A stretch of 39,599 nt of DNA. Source: Actinomycetota bacterium (GTDB lineage: Bacteria > Actinomycetota > CADDZG01 > WHSQ01). Positions 12,862 to 20,362 of this stretch are shown here, piece by piece; position 1 is the stretch's first letter, and every line of letters starts with the position of its first letter. Made by a program: the position numbers and the translations under genes. Below the pieces are notes generated by a model. The model was given only the letters and a program-made list of their open reading frames with translations. It was not told the origin of the DNA and ran no database searches. The stretch lies in the NCBI GenBank assembly GCA_050693655.1, contig JBOGWW010000295.1, forward strand, positions 1 through 39,599, read 5' to 3'.

Positions 12862-14199
12862 TCAGTCTCCTCTGATCAGGCCGAGCACCTCATCGCGCTT
12901 GGCCAACATGAGCTCCTTGGTGCGGGCCTCGAGATTCAACCGCAGCAGTGGTTCGGTGTTCGACGCCCTGCAGTTGAACCACCAGTCCTCGTACTCGACC
13001 GTGAGCCCATCGGTCCAATCCGGTTGGGCATCGGAGTAGGCGGCGGCGAGCTTGTTGATCGTGGCCTCCTGGTCCGAGACCTCGCTGTTGATTTCGCCCG
13101 ACGCCCAATATCTGCGCAACGGCGACAAGGCCGCCGACAAGGGACCTTCGGATGCCGACATTGCTTCGAGCACGAGCAGGGCGGCGATCATGCCGGAGTC
13201 GGCTCTGAAGTTGTCGCGGAAATAGTAGTGCCCCGAATGTTCGCCGCCGAAGATGGCCCCGGTCTCGGCCATCACCTGCTTGATGAACGAATGCCCCACG
13301 CGCGTGCGGATGGGCTCGCCGCCTTGCTCTCGGATTACTTCGGGAACGGTCCAAGAACAGATCAGGTTGTAGATGACCTTCTCACCGGGGTTCTTCTGCA
13401 GCAAGGTCTGGGCGACCAAGGCGGTCGTCAGCGAGCCGGAGATCGGTTCGGACCTCTCGTCCACGAGGAACATCCGGTCGGCATCTCCGTCGAAGGCGAT
13501 GCCGACATCACATCCCTGTTCGAGCACGAGTTTCTGCAGATCTACAAGGTTGGATTCCTCGATCGGGTTGGCCGGGTGATTCGGGAAGTTTCCGTCGAGT
13601 TCGAAGTAGAGCGGGGAGACCTCGAGAGGAAGGTTCTCGAACACGATCGGCACGGTCTTCCCGGCCATGCCGTTGCCCGCATCGATTGCGACCTTCAAGG
13701 GCTTGAGGCTGTCACCGTCCACAAAGGAGCGACAGTGCGCCGCGTAGTCATCCAGGACATCGACCTTCTCCACCCGGGGCGTTGTATGCGGCGGGTCCAG
13801 AGTGGCGGCTATCTCTCGTATGTCGTTCATTCCGGAATCGGAGCCGATCGGCACGGCCTGCGCCTTGCACATCTTGAGGCCGTTGTAGCGAGCGGGGTTG
13901 TGCGACGCGGTGAACATGACTCCGGGTAGATCGAGCTTGCCCGAGGCAAAGTAGAGCGCGTCGGTGCTCACCTCACCGATGTCGACCACCGAGGAGCCCT
14001 CCGCCGTCACGCCCTCGGCGAACGCACTCGCCAGCGGCTGCGAGGAGGGACGCATGTCGCGCCCCACGATGATCCGATCCGATTCAACGAAGCGCGCGAG
14101 CGCCGCACCCACACGGCCGGCAACGTCCTCGTTGAGGTCGTCGGGATACACGCCCCGGACGTCGTAGGCCTTGAAGATGGTGTTCAGGTCGCTGGTCAC
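12862..14199 (-). CDS. manB: Phosphomannomutase/phosphoglucomutase
   Basis: The N-terminus reads IFKAYDVRGVY, the active-site serine loop is FTASHNPARYNG, and the Mg loop is FDGDADR. The start codon is GTG. Confidence 0.94.
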   Translation of the reverse strand: MTSDLNTIFKAYDVRGVYPDDLNEDVAGRVGAALARFVESDRIIVGRDMRPSSQPLASAFAEGVTAEGSSVVDIGEVSTDALYFASGKLDLPGVMFTASHNPARYNGLKMCKAQAVPIGSDSGMNDIREIAATLDPPHTTPRVEKVDVLDDYAAHCRSFVDGDSLKPLKVAIDAGNGMAGKTVPIVFENLPLEVSPLYFELDGNFPNHPANPIEESNLVDLQKLVLEQGCDVGIAFDGDADRMFLVDERSEPISGSLTTALVAQTLLQKNPGEKVIYNLICSWTVPEVIREQGGEPIRTRVGHSFIKQVMAETGAIFGGEHSGHYYFRDNFRADSGMIAALLVLEAMSASEGPLSAALSPLRRYWASGEINSEVSDQEATINKLAAAYSDAQPDWTDGLTVEYEDWWFNCRASNTEPLLRLNLEARTKELMLAKRDEVLGLIRGD

Positions 14200-14328
14200 G
14201 AGCGCAGTCTAAGAGACGCGCCGGGCGCCCCGGTCAGGGGTGTTACGGCCCTCTGGAGGTGTCGCGCGCCCTCCCGGGGCGGAGAAAAGGCATTGACGAC
14301 GACGCCGGGGGCTGCAAGGCTTCGCGAA

Positions 14329-14598
14329 ATGATCAAAGAGCAGGTCTTGCGCGAGGACCAACAGTGGCGTGAGCATGCATCGTGCCTCCACTTCTCTGCA
14401 GTCCTATTCTTCGGCTTCGATGACACCGAGGCCCCCGCGGAGAAGAGGCTGCGCGAGGACCAGGCGAAGACGGTCTGCTACGAGTGTCCCGTCCGCCAAG
14501 AATGCCTCGACTACGCCCTCTCCGCGCGCGAATCTCACGGCATTTGGGGCGGTATGACCGACGTGGAGCGACGCCGGTACGCCAACCGCTCCCACTAG
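14329..14598 (+). CDS. whiB: WhiB-family Fe-S transcriptional regulator
   Basis: Four Cys are present (HASC ... CYECPVRQEC), followed by the GIWGG turn and a basic tail. It is divergent from pmm, as whiB2 is in mycobacteria. The start could instead be at 14293. Confidence 0.88.
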   Translation: MIKEQVLREDQQWREHASCLHFSAVLFFGFDDTEAPAEKRLREDQAKTVCYECPVRQECLDYALSARESHGIWGGMTDVERRRYANRSH

Positions 14599-14645
14599 CT
14601 CGCTTCATTGTTCCGAAGCCTGGAGCCCCTTGTATCTTCTGGCAC

Positions 14646-15323
14646 GTGTCCGACCCGCGGCCCAAACCGACCCAGACGCTGTCAAAAGTCCTTACGCGCT
14701 TCCGCAGGCGCGGTCCCGTCGAAGTGCTCGGCACGGGCATTCGCCGGCTCAAAGAGTTCGTCTCGTCGTCCGACGAACTGATCATTCTGGCGCGGCCCGC
14801 GGGCGGCGAGACTCCCGAGAGGGACGACCTCGCTTTCGTCGAAGCGGCCGCGTCGGACGGGAGCCGCTATGCACGAGACATCGGTACCGATTCTCGAACA
14901 ACCTTTGCGGCACGCCTGTCGGACGCCTCGCGCTGCTTCCTGGTCGTCGAGGAGGGAAAGGTGTTGCACGCCACTTGGGTCACGACTCGGTCGGCGTGGA
15001 CGAGAGAGCTCGGCGGCTACCTCCTGGCGCCCGGCGGTGACTGCTACGTCTACGAATCGTTCACGCGCGCGGATGCGCGCGGCAGGGGCGTCTATCCCTT
15101 CGCGCTCGAGGGCATCTGCGCGTGGGCGGCCGCCCAGGAACTGGGACGCGTCTGGATCGGTGTCGAGGCAGACAACAACCCGTCGCGGCGCGCGGTCGCC
15201 AAGGCGGGGTTCGAGCCTCAGCTGACCATCTCCTACCGTCGCAGCTTGGGCCGGCTCGAGGTCAGCGGTGGGCGCTGTCCCGAGGGAAGCATCGAAATGC
15301 TGTGCTGGAGCAAGTCGGGATGA
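14646..15323 (+). CDS. GNAT family N-acetyltransferase
   Basis: The C-terminal acetyl-CoA-binding pattern is ESFTRADARGRGVYPFAL ... NNPSRRAVAKAGFEP. I chose the GTG at 14646 as the first start downstream of whiB. The track start at 14484 overlaps whiB. Confidence 0.7.
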   Translation: MSDPRPKPTQTLSKVLTRFRRRGPVEVLGTGIRRLKEFVSSSDELIILARPAGGETPERDDLAFVEAAASDGSRYARDIGTDSRTTFAARLSDASRCFLVVEEGKVLHATWVTTRSAWTRELGGYLLAPGGDCYVYESFTRADARGRGVYPFALEGICAWAAAQELGRVWIGVEADNNPSRRAVAKAGFEPQLTISYRRSLGRLEVSGGRCPEGSIEMLCWSKSG

Positions 15324-15420
15324 GAACCGGCGGGCGCAGACCCGCCTCCGTCACGGTGGCGCGAAGGAGCAAAGCGAGCCATACTCTTTCGGTCATCAGC
15401 GCTTCAGGGCGATCAAGTTT

Positions 15421-15560
15421 GCGGGCGCTCGGAAGTCTGATACCGACTCGATTCGCTCTGCCGTAGAGGTAAAAACTCGCCGCCAGAGCGGAAGCCGGCA
15501 CACCCCCTCAACTGGCACCTGTTGCCGGTCGAACGGCATCACCGACGCCGAGCGCCCGCA
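15421..15560 (+). ncRNA. Candidate structured RNA or palindromic element, closed by a 12-bp perfect stem with nested hairpins
   Basis: gcgggcgctcgg (15421-15432) pairs perfectly with ccgagcgcccgc (15548-15559). Inside lie a 7-bp hairpin (15454-60/15484-90) and a 6-bp hairpin (15495-500/15523-28) with a C-rich loop. The region is non-coding, has locally lower GC and is followed by an intrinsic terminator. The strand is inferred only from the terminator tail. Confidence 0.3.
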
Positions 15561-15572
15561 GCCCCACGACAA

Positions 15573-15592
15573 AGGCCGCCTGGCGGCGGCCT
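15573..15592. terminator. Bidirectional intrinsic terminator hairpin
   Basis: The structure is aggccgcc-tggc-ggcggcct (8-bp stem). It is followed on the + strand by cgttgtctgattcttg and on the - strand by tttgtcgt. It lies 33 nt downstream of the minus-strand Zn-ribbon ORF. Confidence 0.7.
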
Positions 15593-15624
15593 CGTTGTCT
15601 GATTCTTGTAGATCGAGTGCGGGA

Positions 15625-15792
15625 CTAGCGCCGGCCTGCGAGGCCGAGCACCTGCTCGAGGGCCACGGGGCCCCCCTCGTTTTCCCACCATTTCGCCTCG
15701 CATTTGCGACACGAGTAGAACTGGACCATCTCATCGGTCAGGCGAATCTCGATGTGGATGCAGTCTCGGCCCTGGCACTCCGGACAGTTCAT
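15625..15792 (-). CDS. Small zinc-ribbon protein (55 aa), function unknown
   Basis: The product is MNCPECQGRDCIHIEIRLTDEMVQFYSCRKCEAKWWENEGGPVALEQVLGLAGRR, with CxxC...CxxC. A GGGAGGAAA SD lies 3 nt upstream of this ATG. The track start at 15900 is an extension. Confidence 0.6.
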   Translation of the reverse strand: MNCPECQGRDCIHIEIRLTDEMVQFYSCRKCEAKWWENEGGPVALEQVLGLAGRR

Positions 15793-15949
15793 CGCTTTCC
15801 TCCCGGTCGAACTCCGCCCCAGTGGAGTCGGTTGCTTGATAATCGGCACCCGCGGGCGCCCGGGATATACGTAATCGACGCGGTTGGACAAAGTGCTCAA
15901 AGCGGGCAGCGGAGGAGAGGTCCCGGGGGTCGGACCAGAGACGACGGAA

Positions 15950-16183
15950 TCAGACCAGGGACGACTGGGACTTCAGGAAAAGGCGCGGCTCGGAGCGGCG
16001 ATCGTCCAGTAGCCAGCCGCGGGGAGCCACGAGCTTGTCCGCGCAGCCGAAGCAGAGCTCGTAGAGGTGCGGCGAGACCTCCCCCTCGGGCGCGTCGTGA
16101 AGGACCGCCAGACGAGCGGCGTAGTCATAGGCCAAGAGGGCCGAAGCGGGCTGGTGGCAGCTCGGCTTGGAACAGAGTCGCAC
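15950..16183 (-). CDS. DUF3499-family protein
   Basis: The sequence CSKPSCHQPASALLAYDYAARLAVL...PHLYELCFGCADKLVAPRGW matches my recollection of the DUF3499 pattern. It also occupies the conserved position next to pmm/whiB (Rv3258c-like). The start codon is GTG. Confidence 0.7.
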   Translation of the reverse strand: MRLCSKPSCHQPASALLAYDYAARLAVLHDAPEGEVSPHLYELCFGCADKLVAPRGWLLDDRRSEPRLFLKSQSSLV

Positions 16184-16255
16184 GGAGGCAGGCTATGACG
16201 GCCCGCTCGAGGATTGGCGGATTCGCGGAGGCCGGCCTCGTTTTACGCTTCGGCC

Positions 16256-17065
16256 ATGCCAACGGCGACCTTCGACGACGTCACCATCCACTACGAGAGA
16301 CGCGGTAGAGGGAGCGGGCCTCCCCTGCTCGGCATCATGGGCTTCGGGCTCGACCAGCGCTTCTGGGCGAGCCAGATCCCGGTCGTCACCGAGACCAACG
16401 AGTTCATCACCTTCGACAACCGGGGGGTGGGGCACTCGCACGGTCCCCCTGTCGCCACGATCGAGGACATGGTCGAGGACACCTTGCGGCTGCTCGATCA
16501 CCTGGAGATCGAGCGCTGCCTCGTCTACGGAATCTCGATGGGCGGCGCCATTGCCCAACACCTCGCGCTCGAGCATCCCGAGCGCGTTTCGGGACTGGTG
16601 CTCGCGGTGACCTGGGCCCGGCCCTTCGAATTCATGCGCCGCCAGCACCTTCTGGCGAGGGCCCTGATCGAGGCGGGCGGCCCCGAGGTCCTCGTCGAAT
16701 CGACCCTGGTGCGCATGTTCACGCCGGCCTTCTTCGAGATGGGGGCCGAGGCGCTGGACCAGATGGTGAAGGCGTTGTTGGCGGACTCGGGCCCCGACAT
16801 GCCCCGGCCCGAAGTGCTTCTCGCCCAGGTGGATGCGGTCGACAAGCACGACGTCATCGACCGGCTGCCGGCCATCTCGGTGCCGACGCTCGTCATCGGC
16901 GCCCGCACCGACATGATGGTTCCGTACCTGGGCTCGGAAGAGATCGCCGGCGCGATCGAGGGGGCCGAGTTCGTGACGCTCGAAACGGGCCACGGCTGCA
17001 TGATCGAGGAGATGCCGGCCTACAACGCGGCCATCCAGGCCTTCCTGGCCAAGCAGCTGCCCTAA
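16256..17065 (+). CDS. Alpha/beta-fold hydrolase
   Basis: It has an HG-type oxyanion region (LLGIMGFG), the nucleophile elbow GISMGG and a C-terminal His (ETGHGCM). The start could instead be the TTG at 16214. Confidence 0.85.
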   Translation: MPTATFDDVTIHYERRGRGSGPPLLGIMGFGLDQRFWASQIPVVTETNEFITFDNRGVGHSHGPPVATIEDMVEDTLRLLDHLEIERCLVYGISMGGAIAQHLALEHPERVSGLVLAVTWARPFEFMRRQHLLARALIEAGGPEVLVESTLVRMFTPAFFEMGAEALDQMVKALLADSGPDMPRPEVLLAQVDAVDKHDVIDRLPAISVPTLVIGARTDMMVPYLGSEEIAGAIEGAEFVTLETGHGCMIEEMPAYNAAIQAFLAKQLP

Positions 17066-17087
17066 CCGGGCCGGTAGCCGCATCGGC

Positions 17088-17134
17088 GAGGTGTGGACAT
17101 TTGCTCACCCCATAGGGGGCATAGATGTCCGCAG
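17088..17134. repeat. 47-nt imperfect direct repeat, left copy, flanking the DUF559 gene
   Basis: gaggtgtggacatttgctcaccccatagggggcatagatgtccgcag matches 18179-18225 at about 37 of 47 positions by eye. It is internally palindromic (ggacat...atgtcc and cccc..gggg). Confidence 0.7.
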
Positions 17135-17153
17135 CTCGGTATCATCGAAAGCG

Positions 17154-17200
17154 CAACCCGCAGGGTAAGTAGGTCTCGACCGAACGCTTTCTGCGGGTTG
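17154..17200. terminator. Bidirectional terminator-like hairpin between the hydrolase and the DUF559 gene
   Basis: A 10-bp perfect stem (caacccgcag / ctgcgggttg) encloses a 27-nt loop. It is followed by tcttgtt on the + strand and by cgctttcgat on the - strand. Confidence 0.5.
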
Positions 17201-17205
17201 TCTTG

Positions 17206-18129
17206 TTACAGCTTCAACTCGGCCTGCCCTAGCAAGCGCCCGAGCTTCCGAATGAAGGTAGCTCCTTGAGTCCGCATCACGAGTCGCGTTAGGCGGAGGA
17301 CCTTCCAATCGAGATCGACGTAGAAGTTGCCTCGAGCGGCATCCCGCTCAAGCGACTCGAAGCCCTCATGCCATTCGTGGCTATCGACCTCTATTCCAAC
17401 ACGAACTTCGGGCCAGGCGAAATCCAGCCGGCGTCGCTCTCCTGCGTCGCTTGTAACCCAGTGCTGGAGCTTGGGCGGTCTGAATCCGTGTGAATCAAGG
17501 AAGTTCTTCGCGTCTATCTCGAGCGGTGAGTCCGTGCTCGCCCCGCCAATCCGCTCCCGAATCAGCGTTCTGAGGATGGCTGTCCCTCTGCGCCCACGAC
17601 TTCCCACTTCGTCGAGTCGGGACAAGATGAGGGCCGGGTAGGTGAGACGCTGTCGTAGCGCGGAATCAAGCGCCTTTTCGAGTGCGGTGGGATCCAGCAC
17701 CCCGGCGAGGTCGATCAAGGTAGAGGTTGGATCCGTAACGGTGAAACCCCTGTAACGGACCGTGTGCAAGGGACTGCCGCACCTAGTTCGGTGGACGATG
17801 ATGCCCGGCGGAGGTCTGCGTCGGAGCCGCGAGGAGACCTCGATCAGTCGGTCGTGAACTCCATCCAGGTTCCAGAGTCGAGCTGCGGCTCGGTGCGAAA
17901 CGAAACCCTCTGACCATAGACACGCGGCCATCAGCATGGTTTCCCAAACCAGCCGCGTCCCCCGGATGCAATACACGCCGGTGAGGACCTTCAGCCAACG
18001 CCCAGAAGTCAGCCGGTGCTCGATCGAACGATGGGTCAGGCCGCACGCTACTGCCTGGGAGCGGCGAAACACGCCGTGTTGCCGCTCGGCCCACTGCTCG
18101 CAGCATTGGTCGGCCGCGAGAAGGCTCAT
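17206..18129 (-). CDS. DUF559 endonuclease-like protein with an AbiEi_4-like N-terminal wHTH domain
   Basis: The N-terminus (HGVFRRSQAVACGLTHRSIEHRLTSGRWLKVLTGVYCI) is typical of this family. The C-terminus (RLDFAWPEVRVGIEVDSHEWHEG...RDAARGNFYVDLDWKVLRLT) resembles the Vsr/DUF559 fold. I place the start at the ATG at 18129. By eye, GC looks lower than in the neighbouring genes. Confidence 0.8.
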   Translation of the reverse strand: MSLLAADQCCEQWAERQHGVFRRSQAVACGLTHRSIEHRLTSGRWLKVLTGVYCIRGTRLVWETMLMAACLWSEGFVSHRAAARLWNLDGVHDRLIEVSSRLRRRPPPGIIVHRTRCGSPLHTVRYRGFTVTDPTSTLIDLAGVLDPTALEKALDSALRQRLTYPALILSRLDEVGSRGRRGTAILRTLIRERIGGASTDSPLEIDAKNFLDSHGFRPPKLQHWVTSDAGERRRLDFAWPEVRVGIEVDSHEWHEGFESLERDAARGNFYVDLDWKVLRLTRLVMRTQGATFIRKLGRLLGQAELKL

Positions 18130-18178
18130 GGAACCATCCCACCGGTGTTTCGCAGAACCCGCTGTGACGTGAGTCACA

Positions 18179-18225
18179 GAGGCGTGGAAATTCACTCACA
18201 CCATAGGGTGAGCAGATGTCCTCAG
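18179..18225. repeat. 47-nt imperfect direct repeat, right copy, flanking the DUF559 gene
   Basis: gaggcgtggaaattcactcacaccatagggtgagcagatgtcctcag is in the same orientation as 17088-17134, 1091 nt away. It is immediately preceded by the palindrome ctgtgac-gtga-gtcacag (18162-18179). Confidence 0.7.
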
Positions 18226-18260
18226 TTCGCCGAATGCACAGCTAGCGGACTGCTCTTTGG

Positions 18261-19064
18261 CTAGAGGTAGCTCCGCAGGTTCCATAGTTCCGGGAAGAAC
18301 CGCTTCGACAGCGTCGTGCGCAGGTAACCGGCCCCCGTTGAGCCTCCGGTGCCCGTCTTCGAGCCGATCTGACGCTCCACCATCAGGACGTGGTGCTGGC
18401 GCCACAAGGAGAACAGCTCGTCGTGGGTCAGCAGCGCCTCCGAGAGGTAGAACTCCTCGGCGTACCGGCGGCGGTTGCGGGCGATCTGCAGCAGGCTTGC
18501 TCTCCGGGCCTCCTCATCGTCGCCGGGCATCGGGAGTCCCCGCTTCCCGAGCAGCGCACAGAAGCCGTCCCACAGGGTCGGATCCTCGAGGCGGCCCCGC
18601 AGCCGCACCTCTTCGTCCCCGGTCAGGACCAGCCGCTCGACGTAGCGCTCGTCCTTCAGGCCCGAGAGAAACTCGACCTCGCGGAACTGGATCGACTGGA
18701 AGCCGCTCGCCGGAGCGAGGTGCTGGCGAAACTCGAGGAAGTCCCGGGGCGACATCGACTCGATCACGGGGACCTGGGCGATCATCACCCGCTCTATCGA
18801 GTGAGCCCGCTCGAGCAGGTGCTTCGCCTGGTGGGCGTCGCCCTCCAGCATGAGATCCCTGACGCTGGTGAGCTCGAACAGGAGTTGTTTGAACCAGAGC
18901 TCGTAGGCTTGGTGGACGACGATGAACAGGAGCTCGTCATGGGCCGGCGGATCGCTGAGCAGATGCTGGAGCGCCAGCAGGTCGGGGACCTTCAGGTAGC
19001 TCCCGTAGGACAGCTCGCGGTCCTGCTCGCCGAAACGGGGGGGCCGCGGCTGGGACTCGCTCAT
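18261..19064 (-). CDS. kynA: Tryptophan 2,3-dioxygenase
   Basis: LSYGSYLKVPDLLALQ and DELLFIVVHQAYELWFKQLLFEL form the characteristic TDO N-terminal core. Confidence 0.9.
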   Translation of the reverse strand: MSESQPRPPRFGEQDRELSYGSYLKVPDLLALQHLLSDPPAHDELLFIVVHQAYELWFKQLLFELTSVRDLMLEGDAHQAKHLLERAHSIERVMIAQVPVIESMSPRDFLEFRQHLAPASGFQSIQFREVEFLSGLKDERYVERLVLTGDEEVRLRGRLEDPTLWDGFCALLGKRGLPMPGDDEEARRASLLQIARNRRRYAEEFYLSEALLTHDELFSLWRQHHVLMVERQIGSKTGTGGSTGAGYLRTTLSKRFFPELWNLRSYL

Positions 19065-19112
19065 CGTGTCTGGTTACCACACGGTGAGCGGGGTCGCCGC
19101 GGAGGACGTGGA

Positions 19113-20219
19113 TCAGCCGAGCGTCGTGGATACGATCGAGGCACCGACCTCGATCCTGTCGTACAACTGAATCACGTCGTCGTTCGACATCCGCACGCAT
19201 CCGTGCGACGCGGCCGTGCCGAGCGATGAGAGGTTCTCGGTCCCGTGGAAGCGAATCGCGGGAGCCGACCAGTTGACCGCCCGCACCCCGAGGGGATTGT
19301 TCACGCCCGGCGCGATCTCGGCCGGCATGCTCGCGCCCCACCCGTCGGGGGCGGGATTGATCCACGTCGGCATGTAGCGCAACTCCGTCACCGTGTAGAC
19401 GCCGGTGGGCGTTGGGTAATTGGGCTGGCCCACCGCAACCGTCCACGAACTCGAGATCTCGCCATCCTCGTAGAGATAGAGCTTGCGCTCGTTGTGACGC
19501 ACGAGCAGAACCTGGTCGTAGGCCTCGCTCGTGACCTCGGGCTTGAGGATCTTGTGCGCGACCTCAACTCGTTCGCCTCCTCCGCGCAGCGCTTTGCGGA
19601 GGCTCTTGAAGGACTTGTCGACGTTGACCTGAACGCCGGTCTTCTCCTTGGTGATCTCGACCCAACCGGTCGAGTAGTCGAGGGCGGCATCCACCGGCTC
19701 GACATCGATCTTGCCGGCGATCTTCTTGACGAGTGCCTTGGCCCCCTTGCCGGGGTAGGTGATGGCCACGTCGCGCTCGAAGTCGACCCGCTCGTTGAGG
19801 AAGCGCATACCGACCTTGTCCATGAACGAGGTTTGCTCGCTCGCCGACATCGCCGTCTCGACCGCACGCTTCGCGTCACCGTGGGCGCCGAGCGCACGCG
19901 GGGTGGTGGTCCACTCGCGACCCTCGTAGGTGAGCGTGATCTCGCGGTCCAGTTGAGGGGCGATCTCGGTCTTTACCGCCCTCAGCGCCTCTTTCGAGGT
20001 CATCCCCGCGACGTCGATTCCCGCCACCGAGGTGCCGGGAAGAAGCTTGCCCTCGTAGGAATTCGAGTAGTCGTAGGTGGCATAGGCCACGCCGGCGACC
20101 CCGAGCCCAAGAATTCCCAAGAGCACGGCCAGCAGGATTAGGCCGCGCTTGCCCACCCGGCGGCGGGCCGGCGTGTCGCCCCGCGTTACTTCGCTGTTCG
20201 TCTTCTCTTCTGTGCCCAT
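19113..20219 (-). CDS. L,D-transpeptidase (YkuD domain) with an N-terminal membrane anchor and a PG_binding_4-like region
   Basis: The catalytic motif is FHGT...SHGCVRM at the C-terminus. A TM helix (LILLAVLLGILGLGVAGVAYA) is present. I place the start at the ATG at 20219. Confidence 0.88.
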   Translation of the reverse strand: MGTEEKTNSEVTRGDTPARRRVGKRGLILLAVLLGILGLGVAGVAYATYDYSNSYEGKLLPGTSVAGIDVAGMTSKEALRAVKTEIAPQLDREITLTYEGREWTTTPRALGAHGDAKRAVETAMSASEQTSFMDKVGMRFLNERVDFERDVAITYPGKGAKALVKKIAGKIDVEPVDAALDYSTGWVEITKEKTGVQVNVDKSFKSLRKALRGGGERVEVAHKILKPEVTSEAYDQVLLVRHNERKLYLYEDGEISSSWTVAVGQPNYPTPTGVYTVTELRYMPTWINPAPDGWGASMPAEIAPGVNNPLGVRAVNWSAPAIRFHGTENLSSLGTAASHGCVRMSNDDVIQLYDRIEVGASIVSTTLG

Positions 20220-20362
20220 GCCTCTTAAACCTCTGGGGTGCTCGGGGAGTTGCATCCTACCTGCGCGTTTGTGATTAGCGGAAGCCCCAATCTGAATCGG
20301 CCTCTTTCGGCCCTGAGTGAAGCCGAGGCCGGCGGTTGCCCGGCGAGAGAGGCGGTGACACG

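Noticed and set aside
14484-14645. N-terminal extension of the GNAT ORF overlapping whiB
   Set aside because: The extension (MSRPPRMPRLRPLRARISRH...) is Arg/Pro-rich and is read from the whiB coding region in another frame. The first start after the whiB stop is the GTG at 14646.
20221-20340. c-di-AMP (ydaO-type) riboswitch upstream of the L,D-transpeptidase gene, because the minus strand contains CGCUAAUC and GUAGG/CCCCGAG elements
   Set aside because: Only about 60 nt remain between the CGCUAAUC box and the start codon. The other conserved blocks I recall (GGGGUGAAUC, CCCGAA...GUAAGCG closing helix) are absent.
20281-20362. SAM-type riboswitch in the cbs leader
   Set aside because: There are some local hairpins (cggcctc...gaggccg) but none of the SAM-I or SAM-IV core sequences I can recall. 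The leader is also too short.
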